A DNA stretch of 42,921 nt, taken from NCBI GenBank assembly GCA_046734695.1, contig JBKPRS010000151.1, positions 1 to 42,921 on the forward strand, in the 5' to 3' direction. The notes beneath the pieces are model-generated. The model did no database searches and was not told where the DNA came from. It saw only the letters and a program-made list of their open reading frames with translations. Position numbers and translations under genes: made by a program. The stretch is from Actinomycetota bacterium. Lineage in GTDB: Bacteria; Actinomycetota; Acidimicrobiia; Acidimicrobiales; VFJN01. Below are positions 26,451 to 33,181 of this stretch, piece by piece (within the stretch, counting starts at the first letter, position 1; each line of letters starts with the position of its first letter).

Positions 26451-27107
26451 ATGACCGAGCAGGAGGCTAGGGCCGCCAAGGCGACGCGCCGGCCGCGGGG
26501 TGAGCCCCGCCGGCTGCTGCTCGACGCGGCCCGGGAGCTGTTCGCCCGCCAGGACTACCGCGCCACGACCACCCGCGAGATCGCGCAGGCGGCCGGGGTG
26601 GCCGAGCACCTGCTGTTCCGCCACTTCGGCTCGAAGGCGGCCTTGTTCCGCGAGGCGCTCGTGGTGCCGTTCTCGGACTTCGTCGCCGCCTTCGCCGAGA
26701 CCTGGCAGGCGGTGGTCCCGGAGGAGACAGACGAGGACGAGCTGGCCGGGCAGTTCGTCGGCCGGCTCTACGATCTGTTCGTCGAGCACCGCGGGCTGGT
26801 CGTGACGCTCTGGGCCTCGGACGCCCTGAGCCAGGAGGAGCTGGCCGAGGCCGGCATCGCCCACGTCGAGCGGGCCCTCGCCGTCCTCGGCCGGATCAGC
26901 GCCGAGGGCATGGACCTCCGGGGCCTGCACTCGAGCCATCCCGACCTGGCGGCACACTCGACGGTGGCCATGGTCGCGGGCATGGCCGCGTTCCGCCCGA
27001 GCTTCTTCGGGGCCGCGAGGCCCTCGCGCGACGTCATCGTCGACGAGCTCACCCAGGCCATCCTCCACGGCTTCCTCCACCGGGACCGCCGCCCGACACC
27101 TCCATAG
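26451..27107 (+). CDS. TetR-family transcriptional regulator
   Basis: LLDAARELFARQDYRATTTREIAQAAGVAEHLLFRHFGSK. GAGGA lies upstream of the ATG. Confidence 0.85.
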   Translation: MTEQEARAAKATRRPRGEPRRLLLDAARELFARQDYRATTTREIAQAAGVAEHLLFRHFGSKAALFREALVVPFSDFVAAFAETWQAVVPEETDEDELAGQFVGRLYDLFVEHRGLVVTLWASDALSQEELAEAGIAHVERALAVLGRISAEGMDLRGLHSSHPDLAAHSTVAMVAGMAAFRPSFFGAARPSRDVIVDELTQAILHGFLHRDRRPTPP

Positions 27108-27109
27108 CG

Positions 27110-27170
27110 CCATCACGAAGAGTGATAAGTGCAGGAAGAAGGCTGCGTCTGGATTCACTCTTCGTGATGG
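27110..27170. promoter_or_regulatory. Perfect 16-bp inverted repeat with a 29-nt spacer. Each arm is itself a TCAC-N5-GTGA palindrome.
   Basis: CCATCACGAAGAGTGA (27110-27125) and TCACTCTTCGTGATGG (27155-27170) are exact reverse complements. The sub-palindrome centres at 27119 and 27161 are 42 bp apart. The element sits in an AT-richer island between the TetR stop and the tasA-like operon. Confidence 0.6.
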
Positions 27171-27262
27171 ACCACGGAAAGTGGTGCATGTACCGTGCTG
27201 CGTGATGCCCGGGCGCGCCGGATGGCGCCCCCTCCGGGCCGGGCACACGATTGGAGCGCATC

Positions 27263-27898
27263 ATGACCGAAGTCGCGGCAGATGACGGGAGTGTGTCCGC
27301 CCGGGAGCGCACGGGATGGGTGTTCCGGAACGCCAAGATCCTCATCCTCGCTCTGATCCTCCTGCTGATCGCCGCCCTGCTCGTCGGGGTCAGCTTCGCG
27401 GTGTTCAGCACGTCGTCCGCCAATGCCGGGAACATGTTCACAGCCGGCACGCTCACGTCGAGCAACAGCAAGGACAACGCCGCCATCCTGACCGCGCAAC
27501 GCATGGTCCCCGGCGACACGACCACCGGGACGGTGACGATCAGCAACACCGGTGACTCCAAGGGCCAGTTCACGCTCACGGGCTCCACGCCGACCAACAC
27601 CCCGGGGCCCAACGGCGGCAACTTGTCGACCGTGCTGAACCTGCGGATCGTCGAGGACCCCGCCGGGGCGGGCCGGGTGGTCTACGACGGCAAGTTGAAC
27701 GCCATGAACGGCCCGCAGCCCCTCGGCGTCTGGGACGGCGGGCAGACCCACACCTATGAGTTCACGGTGACCTTCCCGGAGGGTGGCACCCCGTCAGGGC
27801 CGACCACCGGGGACAACGCCTACCAGGGGTCGAAGACCGAGGTCACCTACACCTGGAACGCCACCTCCGTGAGCTCCGCGACCACCACCACCACCTGA
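27263..27898 (+). CDS. TasA/camelysin-like secreted protein with a SipW-class signal peptide (paralog 1)
   Basis: A TM segment is followed by VFSTSSANAGNMFTAGTL, matching the SipW-cognate F-[ST]-x(6-8)-N-x-F-x-A-G-T-L pattern. Also has MVPGDTTTGTVTISNTG and the C-terminal motif DNAYQGSKTEVTYTWNAT typical of TasA/CalY. The protein ends in poly-Thr. TGGAG lies 6 nt before the ATG. Confidence 0.75.
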   Translation: MTEVAADDGSVSARERTGWVFRNAKILILALILLLIAALLVGVSFAVFSTSSANAGNMFTAGTLTSSNSKDNAAILTAQRMVPGDTTTGTVTISNTGDSKGQFTLTGSTPTNTPGPNGGNLSTVLNLRIVEDPAGAGRVVYDGKLNAMNGPQPLGVWDGGQTHTYEFTVTFPEGGTPSGPTTGDNAYQGSKTEVTYTWNATSVSSATTTTT

Positions 27899-27902
27899 TG
27901 TC

Positions 27903-28541
27903 GTGGCGGTCCACGACGCCGGCCCCTCGCCGCCCCCGCCGGAGCTAGAGGGACCGGAGCCGTCCGGGCCCGGGCCCCCGGAGGCGGGCGAGGACGAGCA
28001 TCAGTCCGTCAGCGAGCGACTGGGCGTCCTGAGCAACTGGCGGGTGCTCGGCACCCTCATCGCGGGCGGGCTGATGCTCGCGATCTTCCTGACCGTGGCG
28101 GTGGACTCCCGGGCGTACTTCACCGCCGCCTCGACCTCGCCGAACAACGCCTTCGGCGCCGACGAGGTCGACATCCGCGTCGCCGTGCCGGGCGAGATCA
28201 TGGACGGCGCGGGCCTGGCCCCCGGCGTCAGCCGCTCGGGCACCCAGACGGTCACCAGCTACGGGCACGAGGCTCGCCTGACCCTCGACGCCAAGGGCGT
28301 GACCGACGGGGGGCTGTACGACGTGCTCGTCGTGACGGTCAAGGAGACGTCCCCGGGCTCGGTCGAGCGCTACAACGGCACGCTGCGCGCCCTTCACGGC
28401 GTCGACCTCGGCGTGCTCGGCGCCGCCCAGGCGAAGTCCTTCTACGTGACGGTGACGTGGCCGGCCAGCCAGCCCAACCCGGCGCTGGCCGGGACCAGCA
28501 TCAGCCTCGACTTCGTGTGGTCGGCGGAGACGGTCCGATGA
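27903..28541 (+). CDS. TasA/camelysin-like secreted protein with a SipW-class signal peptide (paralog 2), carrying a Pro/Glu-rich N-terminal extension
   Basis: A TM segment is followed by RAYFTAASTSPNNAFGADEV, with LAPGVSRSGTQTVTS and a C-terminal LAGTSISLDFVWSAE. The GTG start is 4 nt after the previous stop. Confidence 0.65.
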   Translation: MAVHDAGPSPPPPELEGPEPSGPGPPEAGEDEHQSVSERLGVLSNWRVLGTLIAGGLMLAIFLTVAVDSRAYFTAASTSPNNAFGADEVDIRVAVPGEIMDGAGLAPGVSRSGTQTVTSYGHEARLTLDAKGVTDGGLYDVLVVTVKETSPGSVERYNGTLRALHGVDLGVLGAAQAKSFYVTVTWPASQPNPALAGTSISLDFVWSAETVR

Positions 28542-29116
28542 GCAAGAGACGGCGCACGCGGGGACAGCGGCTGGTGAACGTGCTCACGACCACCGCCTTC
28601 GTGATCGCACTGGTCATCCTCGGCCTGATGCTGGTGCCGGGGCTGCTGGGGTGGCAGCGCTACGTGATCGTGTCGGGGTCGATGGAGCCGGCCATCCCCA
28701 AGGGCTCGGTCGTCTACGACGAGGTCGTCCCGGTGAGCGACCTCGAGGTGGGGGACGTGATCACGTTCGCCCCGCCGCCCGAATTCCACATCACCGAGCC
28801 GGTGACCCACCGGATCATCGAGACCGGGATCGCCCCGCCGAACTCAGACCAACCGGGAGCGCGGACCTTCCGCACCCAGGGCGACGCCAACGACGCGCCC
28901 GACGCCTGGACCCTGGTCTTCGACCATGACGAACAGACCCGGGTGGTGCACCACCTCCCGTATGTCGGCTACATCTACATGGCCCTCGACCACCGCTGGG
29001 TCCAGCTGCTCGTCGTCGGCATCCCCGCCCTGGTGATCGTCATCGTCCTGCTGGTCTCGCTGTGGCGGCTGGCCGGTGAGGCGGTGCGCGAGGAGCGGGC
29101 CAGGGCGCCGGCATGA
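28538..29116 (+). CDS. sipW: Signal peptidase I of the archaeal/ER type (SipW-like, S26B)
   Basis: N-terminal TM, Ser box IVSGSMEPAIPKGSVV, His box VTHRII, GDAN box TQGDANDAPD and a C-terminal TM. ATGA overlaps at both ends. Confidence 0.85.
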   Translation: MSKRRRTRGQRLVNVLTTTAFVIALVILGLMLVPGLLGWQRYVIVSGSMEPAIPKGSVVYDEVVPVSDLEVGDVITFAPPPEFHITEPVTHRIIETGIAPPNSDQPGARTFRTQGDANDAPDAWTLVFDHDEQTRVVHHLPYVGYIYMALDHRWVQLLVVGIPALVIVIVLLVSLWRLAGEAVREERARAPA

Positions 29117-30090
29117 GGCGGCTGCGCTGGCTCCCGGTCGTGGCCCTGGTGGCCGTGGTGGGCGCGGCCGTGGCCCTGGCGGCCGCGCCGGGGTCGTTCA
29201 CCGACAGCGAGGTCAACCACCAGGTGTTCAGCGCGGCCGCCACCACCACGACGACGACCGCTCCGACCACCACGACGACCGCCCCGACCACCACCACGAC
29301 GGTCCCGCACGGGTCCCAGACCTTCGGCCCGGGGACGTCGTCGTTCAAGGTGCCGGTCGGCGTCACCTCGGTGACGGCGACGGTGCAGGGGGCTGCGGGC
29401 GGTGCCCAGAGCGGAACGGGTGGCCAGGGCGCCGTGCTCCCCGCCACCGCCGTCCCGGTCACCCCGGGCGAGACCCTCACCATCTACGTCGGTAGCGCAG
29501 GCACCAACGGAGACGGGACTCAGACCCCGGGCACCGGTGGGGCGTCCGGCACCGCGCCCGGCTTCGCGCCCGGAGGCAACGGAGGGACCGGCGGCCGGGT
29601 CGGGATCAGCCTCATCAACATCGGTGGTGGTGGCGGCGGGGGCGGGGGCGCGAGCGCCGTCGTCCGAGGCAGCACGCCGCTCATCGTGGCCGGTGGTGGC
29701 GGTGGTGGCGGCGGCAGCGGACGTACCGCCCTCAGCGACACGACGGCGGGGAACGGCGGCAACGCCGGTGCCAACGGCGTCACGGCACCTTCGTCCCTGG
29801 GCGGTGCCGGCGGCGCCTGCTGCAGCACATCCACCCGGAACGGGGCGATCGGCGCATCAGGCGATCCCTCCGACACCGCCAATGGCGGTGGGGGCGGCGG
29901 CGGGGGCGGCTACGACGGGACCGCGGGCGGTGGCGGCGCCGGTGGCGCCACCGGCGGGAGTCAGGTGCTACCGGTCGCGATCGGCGGGGCCGGTGGCGGT
30001 GGTTCCGGCGGGCGCTCGTGGCGGCTGGGCGCCGTGTTCGACCCGAAGGCGTGGGCCGCCGGCAACGGGCAGGTGGTCCTCAGCTGGTGA
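29113..30090 (+). CDS. Secreted glycine-rich protein with a SipW-class signal peptide, a Thr/Pro linker and a poly-glycine-tract domain
   Basis: The signal region is AAAPGSFTDSEVNHQVFSAA and the linker is TTTTTTAPTTTTTAPTTTTT. A beta-rich entry (FKVPVGVTSVTATVQGAAGG ... VTPGETLTIYVGSAG) is followed by three runs of 8-9 consecutive Gly plus a mixed fourth run. Confidence 0.75.
   Translation: MRRLRWLPVVALVAVVGAAVALAAAPGSFTDSEVNHQVFSAAATTTTTTAPTTTTTAPTTTTTVPHGSQTFGPGTSSFKVPVGVTSVTATVQGAAGGAQSGTGGQGAVLPATAVPVTPGETLTIYVGSAGTNGDGTQTPGTGGASGTAPGFAPGGNGGTGGRVGISLINIGGGGGGGGGASAVVRGSTPLIVAGGGGGGGGSGRTALSDTTAGNGGNAGANGVTAPSSLGGAGGACCSTSTRNGAIGASGDPSDTANGGGGGGGGGYDGTAGGGGAGGATGGSQVLPVAIGGAGGGGSGGRSWRLGAVFDPKAWAAGNGQVVLSW
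29242..29307 (+). repeat. In-frame tandem repeat encoding the Thr/Pro linker (unit about 21 bp, TTTTTAP)
   Basis: ACC/ACG runs are punctuated by GCx-CCG: acc acc acg acg acg acc gct ccg / acc acc acg acg acc gcc ccg / acc acc acc acg acg gtc ccg. Confidence 0.8.
29623..29910 (+). repeat. Three (GGN)8-9 codon tracts, giving G-rich runs on the coding strand
   Basis: 29623-29649 has 9 Gly codons, 29692-29715 has 8 and 29884-29910 has 9. A fourth, mixed Gly/Ala/Ser tract lies near 29987-30013. Confidence 0.85.
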
Positions 30091-30231
30091 TCGGTCAGAA
30101 CATGAACTCGTCGCCGTTACCTGGGCACAAGTCCCTCATCGTAGGACTGCACGCGCGGAGCGGAGGCAGATTGGTTTAGGCTACAAACGGTCAATCGACC
30201 ACAGCGCTACATGATTGCGGGGGGTAATCAG

Positions 30232-33156
30232 ATGCGCAGGTCGTTCGCAGTCCCTGGAGTGGCCGTCCTGCTCGGGGCGCTGACCGTCGTCAGCGCGCCC
30301 GCAGGCGGGGCGAGCCCTGGTCAGGCGGGCCCGCCCGCACCGGGCGGCGGTGGCATTCTCAGCGACACCGCCACGTCGCAGGACGTCGACAACCGCGCGG
30401 GCCACGTCGAGCCGACCGCGCGCCAGAAGGCGCTCGGTCGGGCCGGCCAGAGCCGGGCCCGGTTCAACGCGCTCGGCACGCCGAGCCTCGTCACCGCGGG
30501 CGGCGGCGCGCTCGCCACCGGCCTCCCGGCCGACCCGGCGGCCGCCGCGCGCGCCTACATCGACGGGAACCTGGAGCTCCTGGGCCTGACGCCGCAGGCA
30601 GCCGCGTCGCTGACCGTCATCGCGGTGGCGCCCATGGGCGAGGGGGCCGCGGTGGTGCTCCAGCAGCACTTCGGCGACCTCGTGGCCGGCCACGACGGGA
30701 TCCTCGTCGTCGGCGTCCGGAACGGCACGGTCCCCTACGTCAGCGGATCGCTGGCCCGCGACTCGGCGCAGCCCGCGCCCGCCACGCTCTCGGCCGGCGA
30801 CGCCAAGCGGATCGCGGCCCGGGACGCCGGCGTGGATGCCCGTGACGTCCAGGACGTCCAGTTGGTCGCCGTCCCCACCCCGTCCGGCGCGCGGGCGGCG
30901 TACAACGTGCTCGTCGTGGACGGCGACGCGGCCGAGCCCGTCGGCCTGTCCACCTTCGTGGACGCCCGGGACGGCAGCGTGCTCGTGCGCGAGGACATCG
31001 TCGACCACGCCACCGACGATCCCGAGTGGGAGGTGTTCCCGCTCTCGCCCCCGGTCGACTACTCCTCGACCGACACCCGGGCGCGCTGGTGCTTCAGCCC
31101 GATGGTGGGCTGCGACGAGGTCGTCGGCACGTCCGCGTCCCCGCGGGCCTGGGACATCCCGACGTCGAACCAGCGGCAGTCGTCCCAGACGACCGACGGG
31201 AACAACTCCTTCGCCGTCCACAACTGGTTCAGCAACAACCCGTTCTCCGTGGGCACCGAGCTGGCCACGGCCCGGCCGAACCGGGACTTCGCCTATCCCT
31301 GGACGAACCAGTGGTTCGAGGACGAGTGCGCGCCGACCACGTTCGACAGCGCCCGGCGCAACGACATCGACGCGGCCCGGGCGAACCTCTTCGCGATGCA
31401 CAACCGGATGCACGACTGGTCGTACCACCTCGGCTTCACCGAGGCGACGTGGAACATGCAGGACAACAACTTCCAGGTGGCTCCCAAGCAGGGTGACCCC
31501 GAGCAGGGCAACGCCCAGGCCGGCGGGGTGAGCGGCGGCCCGCCGGACTTTGCCGCCCGCGACAACGCCAACCAGATCACGCCGCGGGACGGGCGCCCGC
31601 CCATCACCAACATGTACCTGTGGCAGTCGATCGCCGGCGCCTTCTACGCCCCCTGCGTCGACGGCGACTTCGACATGACGGTCGTGGGCCACGAGTACAC
31701 CCACGCCATAACCAACCGCATGATCGCCGGTCCGAACGACGGGCTCGCCTCGCCGCAGGGCATGAGCGAGAGCTGGTCCGACCTGATGGCGATGGAGTAC
31801 CTGAACGAGCACGGCTACGCCGCGCCGGGCCTGCAGGCCTACACGATCGGCCAGTACGTGACGTCGGATGCCGTCGCCGGCATCCGCAACTACAACATGA
31901 GCCAGAGCCCGCTGAACTACAGCGGCGTCGACTACGACTTCGTCGGGCTCCAGGTCCACGCCTCGGGCGAGGTGTGGAGCGCGACGAACTTCGACATCCG
32001 GTCCGCCATGATCGACCGCTACGGCGCCGGGACGCCCGCGCTGCAGAAGTCGTGCGCCAACGGGGCCACGCCCGTGACCGCCTGCCCGGGCAACCGGCGC
32101 TGGGCCCAGCTGGTGTTCGACTCGTTCCTGCTCATGGCCCAGAGCCAGGAGAGCCAGGTCGACGCGCGCGACGCGCTGCTGGCGGCGGACCAGATCCGCT
32201 TCGGCGGCGCCGACCTCGACCTCCTGTGGAACGCCTTCGCCCGGCGCGGCCTCGGCGAGGGGGCAGTCAGCAACGGCGCCGCCGACGCGAACCCGGTGCC
32301 CAGCTTCTCGTCGCCGTTCGCCACCGAGGCCACGGCCACGTTCGCCCCGGTCGACGAGTCCGGTGCGCCCGTCGCCGACGCCCAGATGTTCGTCGGCCGT
32401 TACCAGGCCCGGGCCGTCCCGGTCGCCGACACGTCGGCCGCCACCCCGCTGGGAGCGGCGGTCGCGCTGACGTCAGGGACCTACGAGTTCGTGGCCCGCG
32501 CCCCCGGCCGCGGGTTGCAGAGGCTCGGCCCCGTGACGGTGAGCGCAGGGCAGAGCCTCACCCTCGGCGACCTCCTGCCCGCCAACCTGGCCTCCGGGGC
32601 GGGCGGTGCCACCGCCACCGGCGACGGCGTCAACGTCGCCAAGCTGATCGACGACGACGAGGCCACGAACTGGGCCTCGCTCGGTGCGCCGGTCGCCGGC
32701 CGCGGCGTCGTCGTGGACCTCGCCGGCGGCCGGCAGTCGGTCAGCCGGGTCCAGGTCAGCGCCATCCTCCGCCCGCCCCTGGCCGGCGACGCCGACCCGG
32801 GGACGCAGAGCCGGTTCTCCGCGCTACGCCAGTTCCGGGTCCTGGCCTGCGACGCCACCGTGTCCGGGGACTGCGCCGACGCGGCCGACTTCACGCCGGT
32901 GTTCACCAGCCCGGAGGACGCCTTCCCGGCGATCGCACCCCGGCCCCGGGCCCCCGAGCTCATCGTGCGCTCGTTCGCCATCCCCGCCACCGACGCCACC
33001 CACCTGCGGTTCGAGGTGGTCACCAACCAGTGCACCGGTGCCCCCGCCTACGCGGGCGAGCAGGACGCCGACCCGAGAGCGGGCACCGACTGCACCACCA
33101 ACAGCGCCCAGGCCGGCAACGTCCGAGCCGCAGAGTTCGAGGCCTTCGCCGCGTAG
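30232..33156 (+). CDS. Secreted M36 (fungalysin-like) zinc metalloprotease with an N-terminal propeptide and C-terminal discoidin/F5-8-type-C-like domain(s)
   Basis: Sec signal MRRSFAVPGVAVLLGALTVVSAPAGGA. Motifs NLFAMHNRMHDWSYHLGFTE, DGDFDMTVVGHEYTHAITNRM (HExxH) and GMSESWSDLMA match fungalysin signatures. The C-terminal motif is VAKLIDDDEATNWAS. The ATG at 30232 follows GGGGGGT; an alternative ATG is at 30211. Confidence 0.85.
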   Translation: MRRSFAVPGVAVLLGALTVVSAPAGGASPGQAGPPAPGGGGILSDTATSQDVDNRAGHVEPTARQKALGRAGQSRARFNALGTPSLVTAGGGALATGLPADPAAAARAYIDGNLELLGLTPQAAASLTVIAVAPMGEGAAVVLQQHFGDLVAGHDGILVVGVRNGTVPYVSGSLARDSAQPAPATLSAGDAKRIAARDAGVDARDVQDVQLVAVPTPSGARAAYNVLVVDGDAAEPVGLSTFVDARDGSVLVREDIVDHATDDPEWEVFPLSPPVDYSSTDTRARWCFSPMVGCDEVVGTSASPRAWDIPTSNQRQSSQTTDGNNSFAVHNWFSNNPFSVGTELATARPNRDFAYPWTNQWFEDECAPTTFDSARRNDIDAARANLFAMHNRMHDWSYHLGFTEATWNMQDNNFQVAPKQGDPEQGNAQAGGVSGGPPDFAARDNANQITPRDGRPPITNMYLWQSIAGAFYAPCVDGDFDMTVVGHEYTHAITNRMIAGPNDGLASPQGMSESWSDLMAMEYLNEHGYAAPGLQAYTIGQYVTSDAVAGIRNYNMSQSPLNYSGVDYDFVGLQVHASGEVWSATNFDIRSAMIDRYGAGTPALQKSCANGATPVTACPGNRRWAQLVFDSFLLMAQSQESQVDARDALLAADQIRFGGADLDLLWNAFARRGLGEGAVSNGAADANPVPSFSSPFATEATATFAPVDESGAPVADAQMFVGRYQARAVPVADTSAATPLGAAVALTSGTYEFVARAPGRGLQRLGPVTVSAGQSLTLGDLLPANLASGAGGATATGDGVNVAKLIDDDEATNWASLGAPVAGRGVVVDLAGGRQSVSRVQVSAILRPPLAGDADPGTQSRFSALRQFRVLACDATVSGDCADAADFTPVFTSPEDAFPAIAPRPRAPELIVRSFAIPATDATHLRFEVVTNQCTGAPAYAGEQDADPRAGTDCTTNSAQAGNVRAAEFEAFAA

Positions 33157-33179
33157 CCGCAGCCGGGGTCGGCTGGCGG
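33157..33179. terminator. GC-rich hairpin between convergent genes; candidate bidirectional terminator
   Basis: CCGCAGCCG-GGGT-CGGCTG(G)CGG is a 9-bp stem with one bulge, located between the stops at 33156 (+) and 33182 (-). There is no U-tract. Confidence 0.35.
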
Positions 33180-33181
33180 GA

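Noticed and set aside
27110-27170. The 16-bp inverted repeat as a simple Rho-independent terminator for the TetR gene, or as the terminal inverted repeats of a MITE or IS element.
   Set aside because: There is no U-tract after the stem, the 29-nt loop is long for a terminator, and the stem is AT-rich. There are no flanking direct repeats, no transposase and no other copy in the window. The terminator reading cannot be fully excluded without transcript data.
29113-30090. The glycine-rich protein as a PE-PGRS-type or collagen-like protein.
   Set aside because: There is no PE domain and no GGA/GGN doublet periodicity typical of PGRS. There is no Gly-X-Y triplet periodicity typical of collagen. 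Instead there are uninterrupted 8-9-Gly runs separated by beta-like strands, and a SipW-class signal.
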